DNA from: an uncultured Clostridium sp.
GTDB taxonomy: Bacteria > Bacillota > Clostridia > TANB77 > CAG-508
Assembly (NCBI GenBank): GCA_946639585.1
Contig: CAMPBS010000005.1
Location: 5,187-69,186 of the forward strand
DNA: 64,000 nt
Direction of reading: 5' to 3'
In this document: piece by piece, positions 1 through 11,580 of the stretch
Numbering within the stretch: the first letter of the stretch is position 1
Layout of the letters: each line of letters starts with the position of its first letter
Translations under genes and position numbers: made by a program
Notes under the pieces: model-generated
What the model was told of the DNA's origin: nothing
The model's input: only the letters and a program-made list of their open reading frames with translations
Database searches by the model: none

Positions 1-970
1 TCGAAGCTGTAACATAATTTGGATCATTTGCTCCTAATGTTACATCTGTTACAGGATTTACTGATATTAATTGTAATCCATGTGTATCATCATTATATAA
101 TACTCTACAAAGTATTTCGTTTGTTTCTCCGTTTGTTGTGTCATCAATATTCTTAGCTGCCTTATATATTACATAAGGGCTTTTTTCTTCTGCTTTTGTT
201 GCAGATGGATTTATTGTTAAAATGTCTTTTGCTGTCATAATTTTATTTACTGTTATAGTACAAACTTTGCTTTCACATCCTGTTGCTGATACCGTTATTG
301 TAACTTGTGCTGTATTTACCGTTTGTTCATCTATGATTAAATTTGTTGCAGCAGTTACAACACCATTTGTTACTGTTGCAATTGAACTATTACTGCTACT
401 CCATTCAATATCAATATTATTTTTTGTCCCTTTCAAAATTGCAGGAATTGTAAATGATTCTCCAGTATTTAATTCATAGGTTGATGGCACACCTGATATT
501 CTTGGAACATTAGGCTCAATTTCTCCCCAAGTTAAATTTCCACCTTTATCTGCAATATTTCCTTCTATTACAAAATCAGTTGTACTTATCTCTATATTTC
601 CTGTTGTAGTTGATGTTATTGTTGCTAATCCTGTTTTAAAGTTTCCATCTGTACCATATTTTTCATTTAACTTTGTTCTTACATAAGTGCCTACTGTTGT
701 TGATGCCTCTCCTGCAGAAACTCCATTTTCTACATAAGCAGTTTGATATGCTTCCATTTGAGCATTTTGTGCTGTTAAATACACATCATCTCTTGCAGTT
801 CCTATTGCATTTTTTTGATTCGCCTCATTTGCTTTGGCAGGTGCTGAATCACTACCTGTTAGACTAGATATTGTAATCCCAGCCAAAATCAATAAAACCA
901 CGATAGTTACGATTAACGCTATTAAAGTAATACCACTATTTTTTCCTTTTCTAAATTTTAAATTTTCCAT
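1..970 (-). CDS. prepilin-type N-terminal domain protein (start inside window, 3' end runs off the window)
   Basis: Absent from the ORF track because it is truncated by the window edge. Reverse-strand ATG at 970 follows an AAAGGGG RBS. Translation begins MENLKFRKGKNSGITLIALIVTIVVLLILAGITISSLTGS: a basic leader, Gly, then about 20 hydrophobic residues (pilin/pseudopilin-like). The rest is T/S/N-rich and Ig-like (ATVTNGVVTA). Confidence 0.6.
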   Translation of the reverse strand, partial: MENLKFRKGKNSGITLIALIVTIVVLLILAGITISSLTGSDSAPAKANEANQKNAIGTARDDVYLTAQNAQMEAYQTAYVENGVSAGEASTTVGTYVRTKLNEKYGTDGNFKTGLATITSTTTGNIEISTTDFVIEGNIADKGGNLTWGEIEPNVPRISGVPSTYELNTGESFTIPAILKGTKNNIDIEWSSSNSSIATVTNGVVTAATNLIIDEQTVNTAQVTITVSATGCESKVCTITVNKIMTAKDILTINPSATKAEEKSPYVIYKAAKNIDDTTNGETNEILCRVLYNDDTHGLQLISVNPVTDVTLGANDPNYVTAS

Positions 971-1471
971 AAATAAATTTTACCCCTTTCTCATCTTTAA
1001 TAAGACATATATAATATATTTTTAAAATTTGATAACAAAATTAAATACAAAAAAGACTATATTCACACTTGTATTTTTTCTTCACAAAAAATACATAGGG
1101 AAAAATAGCCTTATGCTTATATAAATGATTTATTAAATTAAAGCTTACAATATATATATATACAATACCAACGGTTTCAGCGATTTTGTTCATTTGTGTT
1201 TCTTCCTTTTCTCGTTTGTTCTTTAATTTATCATTTATATTTTAGCATAAAGTGTGTTTTTGTGCAAGTAATTTTTGTAACAAATATTTATATAATTTAT
1301 AGTTTGGCAAATTGAAGTAATTAGATTATAACACAATAAATTTTTCAATGCAACAAATTAGTTCGATAAATTGAAAATATTTTTATTTTTTTCAATTAGC
1401 CAAAGTAAGAGATATTTTTGTTTATATATAATTTTATTGATTTTAAGCCATTTGAAAGGAGCTTGAATACA

Positions 1472-1720
1472 ATGGAATTATCAAAAGCAATAAGAAAAAG
1501 AATTAAATATTACTTGAAAGAAAAGAATATGAATGTATGGAGATTATGCAAAATGGCAGGAGTACCTTGTTCTACAATTTCAACTTTTATGAGTGGAAAA
1601 ACTGAACTAATTAAACTAGATACTTTATTACATATATGTGAAGGTTTTGGAATAACATTAGGAGAATTTTTTACAGAACCAACATTTGATACTGCAATAT
1701 GTGAAAATGATAAAGACTAA
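1472..1720 (+). CDS. XRE-family helix-turn-helix transcriptional regulator
   Basis: MELSKAIRKRIKYYLKEKNMNVWRLCKMAGVPCSTISTFMSGK is a typical Cro/C1 HTH. A GAAAGGAG RBS lies 8 nt upstream of the ATG at 1472; the track start at 1418 is probably too early. Confidence 0.75.
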   Translation: MELSKAIRKRIKYYLKEKNMNVWRLCKMAGVPCSTISTFMSGKTELIKLDTLLHICEGFGITLGEFFTEPTFDTAICENDKD

Positions 1721-1762
1721 CATTATAATATGCTAGTCTTAAATTTTAGTAATTATTTTATA

Positions 1763-2065
1763 TTAAAACTCTTTTATATTATTATACAAATACAAAGCTA
1801 CTTTATTTTGTTCTGTTGTATCCATTTCCATTAATTTTGCCATTGCAAAGGTTACCAGCTTGTATTTAGAAAAGTTTATATGCATTGTTCTATATTCTTC
1901 ATCAATATTTTTTAGCATAATATCAAATTTTTCATAATTTTCTTTTGTATTATAAATAAGCCCAGCCCACTTGCTTTGGCTCATACATATTGCTAATCTT
2001 AATTTATCTTTTATATCCATATCATTTATCATATTTATTAAATATTTTACTTTTTCATTTTCCAT
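1763..2065 (-). CDS. hypothetical protein (element-borne, downstream of relaxase)
   Basis: 100-aa ORF with a GGAGG RBS, 19 nt after the relaxase stop. No recognisable motif. Confidence 0.5.
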   Translation of the reverse strand: MENEKVKYLINMINDMDIKDKLRLAICMSQSKWAGLIYNTKENYEKFDIMLKNIDEEYRTMHINFSKYKLVTFAMAKLMEMDTTEQNKVALYLYNNIKEF

Positions 2066-2083
2066 CGTTAAAATTCCTCCATT

Positions 2084-3475
2084 TTAAAATCTTGTATCAT
2101 TTTTCTTTCTATTCTCTTTAATTTTGCTTATTTCATCTGGTGTTTTGACTTTTTTATGAATATCATTTGCAATTTGATTTTCATCATCTGTAAATATTCC
2201 ATTTTTATATAAGTCATCACTAACTATTTTGTAGTTTGTATCTCTTTCATAGCAAATCTTTTTATGAAAATGTTTCATTATGCTATGCCAAAAGCCTTTG
2301 AATTTCTGTAATTGTGTTTTTAGGCTTTCTTTTTCAGTTTGTAATTTACCAATCATCTTGTCTTTAAGAGATAAATCTTGCTTTAAATTATTAATTTCAT
2401 CATTTTTTTGTTCTAGCTGATATTTAAGAGAGTAGTTTTCTTGTTTTAATTCTAAAGTAGAATTTTCTAGTTCTTTAACAGCTATATTTAAGTCATTTAT
2501 GCTTCTAACATTTTTGGCGGTATCTGTTACACTCTTTGTGTATTTTTTTATTTCTTGGACATCCTCGTTTGAAATAATCATATTATTTTTATTTAGCTTA
2601 GTAGGTTTTAAATGGTCTAATAGTTCATTTATATTTTTACCTGTATTATCAAGCTTTTTAGTTTGGTTATTAGCTTCAGTGATTTTTTGTTCTTTCTTTT
2701 TCAGCTGTTGCTTTATTTCTCTATAATTTCCCATATCTTTAATGTTTATATCTTGATTTCTGCCTTTTTTCTTTTGTTTTAACAAAGAATGTTCTGAATA
2801 AACTATATTATAAGATTTTATGCAACTTATTCTCATTTCATCTTGTATTCTAGTTAGGCTTTCTTTAGTAAATACCTTTGATTTTGCAGGTTGTTTTCTC
2901 ATTCCTCTTTTATAGTCATCTTTTATTGGTACACCAACTAAATGCAAATGGGGAGACACTTCATCAAAATGTATTACTGCATTTGCTACTTTAAACTCTG
3001 GTACAATTCGCATTAAATCTCTAACTTGGTCTTTATAAACATTTACCATCCTCATTCTATAATTTGTATCTTTATCATTCCAAAAGTCCATATCTCCAAG
3101 CTCGATAATAAATTCACAAGCCAAATCTTTTTGCTTATCTTGTGAGATATGCTTAAAATAATTATCAATTTTTCTATCTTCGCGAGTTTGTTTACTATTA
3201 TATTCTAGCCTTGCTTCTTCAAATTCATCAAAATATATATCTTGAACATCTTGATATAAGTTCTCCGTTCCATAAATTACACAAATATTTTCTTTATTAT
3301 TATCATAATCTCTTAGGTTGTGTTTATTCACTTTTGAAAGTTGTTTTGCATTTTGTATCCCATTATTTGAAAATGATGTTGTTTCTGATGGATTATTTTT
3401 TGCAATCTCTTTTGCTTTTGTTGTTTTATTTTTATCACTACCCAAGTGAATAGAATAGGCTAATTCTTGCTCCAT
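2084..3475 (-). CDS. MobV-family (Mob/Pre) relaxase
   Basis: The motif IHFDEVSPHLHLVGVP matches the MobV HxDE...PHxH signature. Long coiled-coil C-terminus. AAAGGAGG RBS. Confidence 0.8.
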   Translation of the reverse strand: MEQELAYSIHLGSDKNKTTKAKEIAKNNPSETTSFSNNGIQNAKQLSKVNKHNLRDYDNNKENICVIYGTENLYQDVQDIYFDEFEEARLEYNSKQTREDRKIDNYFKHISQDKQKDLACEFIIELGDMDFWNDKDTNYRMRMVNVYKDQVRDLMRIVPEFKVANAVIHFDEVSPHLHLVGVPIKDDYKRGMRKQPAKSKVFTKESLTRIQDEMRISCIKSYNIVYSEHSLLKQKKKGRNQDINIKDMGNYREIKQQLKKKEQKITEANNQTKKLDNTGKNINELLDHLKPTKLNKNNMIISNEDVQEIKKYTKSVTDTAKNVRSINDLNIAVKELENSTLELKQENYSLKYQLEQKNDEINNLKQDLSLKDKMIGKLQTEKESLKTQLQKFKGFWHSIMKHFHKKICYERDTNYKIVSDDLYKNGIFTDDENQIANDIHKKVKTPDEISKIKENRKKNDTRF

Positions 3476-3724
3476 CTTTTTCCTCCTTTAGAACTTGCTT
3501 CGTAGGCTCAGGAATTTGACTTTGTCAAAATTCCTAACCCCCTATGAGTTTTGACATTCTATCAAAACTCGGGGGCTCTGCGAGGCTATAAATTTTCTCC
3601 AGTTGGGAGAAAATTTATTCAAATTAACTATCGCCACTTTCATTTTTATTTCATAAAAACAAAACGTGACACGTTAATTTGTTGTTGCAACATAGCCCCA
3701 TATATAAAGTATAAGTTGCAACAA
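3476..3724. other. oriT-like / recombination-site region with stacked inverted repeats
   Basis: Hairpins AGGAATTTGAC..GTCAAAATTCCT (3511-3537), CCCCC..GAGTTTTGA..TCAAAACTC GGGGG (3539-3577) and AAATTTTCTCC..GGAGAAAATTT (3588-3615). Palindrome AACGTGACACGTT is also present. Two GTTGCAAC palindromes lie at about 3682-3690 and 3713-3721. Confidence 0.45.
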
Positions 3725-5589
<1,865 letters not shown>

Positions 5590-5702
5590 TTATAACCTCC
5601 CATAAAACAAACAAAGTGCTAGAAAGCTTTTGCTAACTAACACTTAAAAAAATTTAATAATTACTTGTTATATTACTTGCTGAAAACAAAAATCTTTTAG
5701 TA

Positions 5703-5975
5703 TTAGTTACCACTGATAATATCTCGTAATTTTGAGAGTGGGTATTTATTTGCTAAATTTCCTATGTAAAAATATTCGTGTTCATTAAAGAATAAATATA
5801 CTTTATCTTTAATAACAGCAGTATGTGGCTCTACATAAGCAAGATTAGTCTTTTCAACCATTCTCAAATTACCATTCTTTATCTTTGGTACACAATTACT
5901 AAAAGTGCAAGCCCATTCAATTTTAGAACGTAATTCTTTATTTATTGATATTTCTCTTTTAATTGTTGATATCAT
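5703..5975 (-). CDS. hypothetical protein
   Basis: ORF with an AAAGGAGG RBS in front of the internal Met (MISTIKREIS..). No recognisable motif. Confidence 0.4.
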   Translation of the reverse strand: MISTIKREISINKELRSKIEWACTFSNCVPKIKNGNLRMVEKTNLAYVEPHTAVIKDKVYLFFNEHEYFYIGNLANKYPLSKLRDIISGN

Positions 5976-6045
5976 ATCACAAAAACCTCCTTTTTTCAAT
6001 ATTTTGAGGCTATATTTTTCCATTTATTACCAATAGAGGTGATAA

Positions 6046-6077
6046 AACAAAAAAATAAGCCGACTAAATCGACTTAT
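6046..6077 (-). terminator. intrinsic terminator of the tRNA operon
   Basis: Hairpin ATAAGCCGAC-TAAA-TCGACTTAT, followed on the minus strand by a T-run (plus-strand aaaaaaa at 6048-6054). Confidence 0.5.
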
Positions 6078-6159
6078 ATAAGTGATATGATATTCACTTT
6101 TAATTTTTCTCAAACTCGCTTGTATGAATAATTACAAGTGGTTCGACGAAAACGCATTA

Positions 6160-6235
<76 letters not shown>

Positions 6236-6269
6236 AAATATTAAATTTAAAAAGCTCTATATAAAAAAA

Positions 6270-6346
6270 TGGCGACCCGGAACGGGCTCGAACCGTCGAC
6301 CTCTAGCGTGACAGGCTAGCGTTCTAACCAACTGAACTACCGGGCC
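6270..6346 (-). tRNA. tRNA-Asp (GTC)
   Basis: Reverse complement GGCCCGGTAGTTCAGTTGGTTAGAACGCTAGCCTGTCACGCTAGAGGTCGACGGTTCGAGCCCGTTCCGGGTCGCCA. The 7-bp acceptor stem was checked. GTC anticodon. Confidence 0.95.
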
Positions 6347-6376
6347 ATATTAAATATTGCCATGTTATTAAATAAA

Positions 6377-6452
6377 TGGTGGTCGCTATAGGGCTCGAAC
6401 CTATGACCCCCTGCTTGTAAGGCAGATGCTCTACCAGCTGAGCTAAGCGACC
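6377..6452 (-). tRNA. tRNA-Val (TAC)
   Basis: Reverse complement GGTCGCTTAGCTCAGCTGGTAGAGCATCTGCCTTACAAGCAGGGGGTCATAGGTTCGAGCCCTATAGCGACCACCA. TAC anticodon, encoded CCA. Confidence 0.95.
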
Positions 6453-6472
6453 ATGTCCTTTCGACATGAATT

Positions 6473-6501
6473 AGTATACAAGATTTTTTTTCACTTGTCA
6501 A
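6473..6501 (-). promoter_or_regulatory. sigmaA-type promoter of the tRNA operon
   Basis: Minus strand reads TTGACA (6496-6501), 17 nt, TATACT (6473-6478), about 20 nt upstream of tRNA-Val. An AT-rich UP-like repeat lies upstream. Confidence 0.7.
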
Positions 6502-6603
6502 TACTTTTTCTAAAATTTTTCAAATTTTTCAAATTATGTTTTAATTCACAGCCTATAATTATATCTTATGTCCTCAATAAATATAGGCCGTGAATTTTTT
6601 ACA

Positions 6604-6921
6604 TTATATTTGTTTACTACTTAATTCTATTATTAAATCCATATTATCATCTTTGGCAGCTTTATTTTTCCTTATAGCTCCACATTTTTTACACTTAAAA
6701 ACTATTACATAGCCCTTTTTACTATCTATTTCTAAGCTAACAGGTTCTAAATCTCCATGGCATGTTTCTGCCCTGTCTCCAGGATTTTTATCTACATGTT
6801 TAGAATGTAAACAATGTGGGCAATGATTTCGGCAAGAATATCCAAGTGGTTGCACTTTTCTTCCGCAATTTTCACATATAAATTCTTCGTCTATCTCTGT
6901 AAATCTACTATTTTCTAACAT
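6604..6921 (-). CDS. RNHCP domain protein (Cys-rich zinc-ribbon-like)
   Basis: Contains CENCG..., the literal RNHCPHCLHSKHV motif, and KCKKCG. Confidence 0.6.
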   Translation of the reverse strand: MLENSRFTEIDEEFICENCGRKVQPLGYSCRNHCPHCLHSKHVDKNPGDRAETCHGDLEPVSLEIDSKKGYVIVFKCKKCGAIRKNKAAKDDNMDLIIELSSKQI

Positions 6922-6944
6922 TTTCTTCTCCTATATAGAACCTG

Positions 6945-6968
6945 TTTTTTAGGGAGTTTCCCAAAAAG
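6945..6968. repeat. copy a of the GTGTCCCAAAAAG palindromic repeat family
   Basis: TTTTTTAGGGAGTTTCCCAAAAAG, located between the kinase-family gene stop and the RNHCP gene start. Confidence 0.6.
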
Positions 6969-6979
6969 TTCAAAAAGTT

Positions 6980-8620
6980 TTAGTATTTAAAGTCTCCTCC
7001 GCCCATAAATTCTTTTAGTAATGAATTTGTTGGAACGTATTTTGCAGGTATTTCTTTTATATATTTTAAAAAGTTTATAACTCTTCTTGCTTCAGCATAT
7101 TCTGGCTCATCATTTTTTATTTCTTCTAATAGTGGTAATGCTATTATTCTAAGCACTCCTAATTCATAGATTAATGATGTATTAAACATTGCATCTGCTG
7201 TTTCTTGAAATGGGAATATATTTTTTTCTTCCCCATCATTTACACTTTTCCATGATTTTAATGTGTGTAAAGCAGAATATCCTCTAAATTGGTAATCCCT
7301 TACTATTCTTCTGATTAATCTATTGTCTGTTGAAGAAATTCTATTATAATAATCCATATTTAAAACTGTTAAATCACTTATATAAATTTTGAATTTCTCA
7401 TCTTTTGAAATACTGCTTGTTAATTTGTCATTCAAACAATGTATTCCTTCTATTACAAGTACTTCGTCTTTTGCAAGTTTTAATTTTTTACCATTATATC
7501 TTTTAGTTCCTACTTTAAAATCAAATTCCGGCATTTCAACCTCTTCACCATTTAATAATTTTGTTAAATGGTCATTGAATAATTTCAAATCAATAGCTTC
7601 GATATCTTCAAAGTTGTAGTTTCCGTTTTCGTCTCTTGGTGTGTCTTCTCTTTCTACGAAATAATTATCTACTGAAATTGTAACAGGTTTTAAGCCATTT
7701 ATTTTTAATTGAATTCCTAATCTTTGTGCAAATGTAGTTTTTCCAGATGATGAAGGTCCGGCAATCAATATCATTTTAGCATTTTTTCTTTTTGCTATTT
7801 CATCTGCTATTAAAGCTATTTTCTTTTCATGTAACGCTTCATCTATCATTATTATGTCTTTAATTTTTTCTTCATCTACTGCTCTATTTAATTTATGAAC
7901 AGTATCAACCTTTAGAATTTTATGCAAATCATCGTATTCATTTAAGCAAAATGCAAGTTTTTTATTTTCAATTTTTTTATCAACTTCTTCAGGAGTTTTT
8001 GAACTTGGATATTTTATTAAAAATCCATCATCATATTTCTGTAATTCAAAAAGATTTAAACAACCTGTATTTGAAGCTAATAATCCATAAAAATAGTTAT
8101 AGTAATCTTCACAATAATACATTATAATTTCTTTATTTTCTGGATCATCCACCTGAAGTCTTCCTCTTATTGTTCCTGTTTCTTCAAAAAATTTTATAGC
8201 TTCTTCTCTATTCATTATTCTTTTTTCTATTTTTAAGTTTTTAGCTACAATTTCTTTCATTTTATTTGTAACTTTTTCTATAATTTCATCTGTAACTTCC
8301 ATATTATCTATTTCGCAAAACATTGAATGTGATAATTGGTAATTGACAGTTAAAAGTGCTTCTGGATATATTTCTCCAAAAGCTTTTCCTAAAATATATA
8401 TTAGTGATCTTCTATATATTTTCATTCCTTCTTTATCTGACATATCTATAAATTCAATTTTAGCATCTTCTTTTAATTCGTAGTCTAAACTTTGGTAATC
8501 GTTATTTACCAAGCATCCCATTACATTATATTTGCTGTTTGCAATTTCTTCTGCAAACAAATCCTTTACCATTACTGGTTTTTCAATTTCAATTTTTTTA
8601 TCTTTACATGTTATTATCAT
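6980..8620 (-). CDS. uridine kinase/phosphoribulokinase-family P-loop protein with N-terminal TGS-like domain
   Basis: Walker A IAGPSSSGKTTFAQRL followed by VDNYF. The N-terminal roughly 60 aa are beta-grasp-like. 546 aa. Confidence 0.6.
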   Translation of the reverse strand: MIITCKDKKIEIEKPVMVKDLFAEEIANSKYNVMGCLVNNDYQSLDYELKEDAKIEFIDMSDKEGMKIYRRSLIYILGKAFGEIYPEALLTVNYQLSHSMFCEIDNMEVTDEIIEKVTNKMKEIVAKNLKIEKRIMNREEAIKFFEETGTIRGRLQVDDPENKEIIMYYCEDYYNYFYGLLASNTGCLNLFELQKYDDGFLIKYPSSKTPEEVDKKIENKKLAFCLNEYDDLHKILKVDTVHKLNRAVDEEKIKDIIMIDEALHEKKIALIADEIAKRKNAKMILIAGPSSSGKTTFAQRLGIQLKINGLKPVTISVDNYFVEREDTPRDENGNYNFEDIEAIDLKLFNDHLTKLLNGEEVEMPEFDFKVGTKRYNGKKLKLAKDEVLVIEGIHCLNDKLTSSISKDEKFKIYISDLTVLNMDYYNRISSTDNRLIRRIVRDYQFRGYSALHTLKSWKSVNDGEEKNIFPFQETADAMFNTSLIYELGVLRIIALPLLEEIKNDEPEYAEARRVINFLKYIKEIPAKYVPTNSLLKEFMGGGDFKY

Positions 8621-8655
8621 TTAAAATTCCCTTTCTAACCTTTAATATGTAAAAC

Positions 8656-8779
8656 GATTTGGAAAAGAATTGAGTAAATTTCTAGGCAAACAAGCAAGAA
8701 ACCCGCAGGCGTACTTAAGGTACGTTGAGGAGTTTCGCAGCGCAGTTTAACAACGAAATTTGCCAATTATTTTTCAAAT

Positions 8780-8780
<1 letters not shown>
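8656..8780 (-). other. GC-rich structured intergenic element E1 (AT-rich ~26-bp inverted arms around a GC-rich core)
   Basis: Arms are GATTTGGAAAAGAATTGAGTAAATTTC (8656-8682) and GAAATTTGCCAATTATTTTTCAAATC (8755-8780). The core contains the hairpin GGCGTAC-TTAAG-GTACGTT. Confidence 0.35.
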
Positions 8781-10066
<1,286 letters not shown>

Positions 10067-10070
10067 TTAA

Positions 10071-10607
10071 TTATTTTTCTATGTCACTATGATTTTTTAT
10101 TATTCCATCTAAGTGTTTTTTATAATATTCTACATCTTTTTTTCTAAAACTTTGAACAAAATGATTATCGTCTCCCTTTGCTAAAAAACCAATAAAATGT
10201 TTTTTTTGTTCTCTATTCTCTTTTTTAGCCCTTAAAAAATAGAATGCAACATAAGACATGAATGTTTTTTGTATATCCTTATTCTCTAATAAATACTTTT
10301 TTAAGAATGGCATAATTTCAAATGCAACATAATCTGTATCTTTATTAGTTTTTTTCTTATTTAAATTAAATTCATTATCTTCTTCTTTTTTTAAAGCATT
10401 TACTTTTGTAAAGAATAAAGTTCTTCCGTCTTCTCTTGCATTCCTGGTTACTTTAATTTCTGTTGTATCAAACATAAGTAAACAATGCTTATCTCCTATC
10501 GGAAAGGTTACATCTTCAAATCTCTCATTTAGTCCTGATTTTTTCACTTCATTATCTAGTTTATTTAGTAATTCTTTGAATTCTTTTTTATCTTCTTTCT
10601 TAATCAT
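10071..10607 (-). CDS. hypothetical protein (K/E-rich), upstream of obg
   Basis: 178-aa ORF with an AAAGGAGG RBS, 16 nt before obg. No motif recognised. Confidence 0.55.
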   Translation of the reverse strand: MIKKEDKKEFKELLNKLDNEVKKSGLNERFEDVTFPIGDKHCLLMFDTTEIKVTRNAREDGRTLFFTKVNALKKEEDNEFNLNKKKTNKDTDYVAFEIMPFLKKYLLENKDIQKTFMSYVAFYFLRAKKENREQKKHFIGFLAKGDDNHFVQSFRKKDVEYYKKHLDGIIKNHSDIEK

Positions 10608-10683
10608 AATATATTCCTCCTTTGGGATTTTATACTATATATTATAATTATACTACATTTCAAATATAAAAACAACTCTAACA

Positions 10684-10715
10684 CAAAAAAACAGCAATTT
10701 CATGCTGTTTTTTAT
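10684..10715. terminator. bidirectional intrinsic terminator after rpmA
   Basis: AAAAAAACAGCA-ATTTCA-TGCTGTTTTTT. Confidence 0.7.
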
Positions 10716-10721
10716 ACTGTG

Positions 10722-10991
10722 TTATGCCTTTGCTTCTGCAACAGGATATACACTTACTTGTTTTTTATCTCTACCTTTTCTTTCAAATTTTACTGTTCCA
10801 TCTACTAATGCAAATAATGTATCATCGCTACCTTTACCAACATTAGTTCCAGGATGTACTTTAGTTCCTCTTTGTCTAACTAAAATATTTCCAGCTAAAA
10901 CAAATTGACCATCTGCTCTTTTTACACCAAGACGTTTTGATTCTGACTCTCTACCGTTATGAGAGCTACCTTGACCTTTTTTATGAGCCAT
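10722..10991 (-). CDS. rpmA: 50S ribosomal protein L27
   Basis: [24 protein letters not shown]. The ATG at 10991 lies 8 nt after AGGAG. The track start at 11000 is a GTG three codons upstream. Confidence 0.95.
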   Translation of the reverse strand: MAHKKGQGSSHNGRESESKRLGVKRADGQFVLAGNILVRQRGTKVHPGTNVGKGSDDTLFALVDGTVKFERKGRDKKQVSVYPVAEAKA

Positions 10992-11051
10992 GTCTTTCAC
11001 TCCTTTCAGTTATTTTCATTTATAACTATATGTTTAATTCTAAAATATTAC

Positions 11052-11429
11052 TTAAGCTTCTTTAGCTTCAGTTTTCTTTGTGCTAGCTGCTGCTTCTGTT
11101 TTTGTTGTTTTTGCAGCTGCTGTTTTAATTGAAGTTATTTCAACTTTTGTGTATGGTTGTCTATGTCCTTGCATTCTTCTATAGTTCTTTTTAGGTTTCA
11201 TCTTGTAAACTAAGATTTTTTTACCTTTACCATGTGCAACTACTTTTCCTTCAACCTTTACACCTTTAACATAAGGAGCTCCAACTTGTACTTTTCCTTC
11301 TTCTGAAACTAGAACAACGTTACCAAAAGTAACTTTTTTACCTTCTTCTGCATCTAGTTTTTCAAAAAATACAACATCTCCTTCTGCTACTTTGTATTGC
11401 TTTCCACAGCTTTCAATTATTGCGTACAT
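11052..11429 (-). CDS. rplU: 50S ribosomal protein L21 with Ala/Lys/Thr-rich C-terminal tail
   Basis: [18 protein letters not shown]... is the canonical L21 N-terminus. Confidence 0.95.
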   Translation of the reverse strand: MYAIIESCGKQYKVAEGDVVFFEKLDAEEGKKVTFGNVVLVSEEGKVQVGAPYVKGVKVEGKVVAHGKGKKILVYKMKPKKNYRRMQGHRQPYTKVEITSIKTAAAKTTKTEAAASTKKTEAKEA

Positions 11430-11526
11430 CTAAAATGCACCTCCCTTATTCGTATACTCGCTAATCCTTAAATTCTAGGTAACTCTTTTTTCATAGTATT
11501 TATGTACCTTGACTAAGCGGATTACA
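11430..11526 (-). promoter_or_regulatory. structured 5' leader of rplU (candidate L21 ribosomal-protein leader)
   Basis: A leader of about 95 nt lies between the predicted promoter and the RBS. Pairings TAATCC/GGATTA and AGGTA/TACCT were seen. L21 leaders are known in Firmicutes. Confidence 0.35.
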
Positions 11527-11533
11527 GTTAAAT

Positions 11534-11562
11534 ATTTTAACATAATTTTTTCCATCTGTCAA
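11534..11562 (-). promoter_or_regulatory. sigmaA-type promoter of rplU-rpmA
   Basis: TTGACA (11557-11562), 17 nt, TAAAAT (11534-11539) on the minus strand. Confidence 0.7.
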
Positions 11563-11580
11563 CTGATTTTGAGCATTTTT

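Noticed and set aside
222-1025. Plus-strand track ORFs 222-479, 673-867 and 834-1025
   Set aside because: They lie antisense to or overlap the long minus-strand pilin-like ORF, which has a convincing start, RBS and N-terminal motif. They have low-complexity Leu/Phe-rich translations and no RBS.
1045-1199. ~50-aa minus-strand micro-ORF (MNKIAETVGIVYIYIV..) in the spacer left of the XRE gene
   Set aside because: It has a plausible RBS, but the sequence is low-complexity and no homology could be judged. It may be a remnant of a regulator gene. Not reported as a feature.
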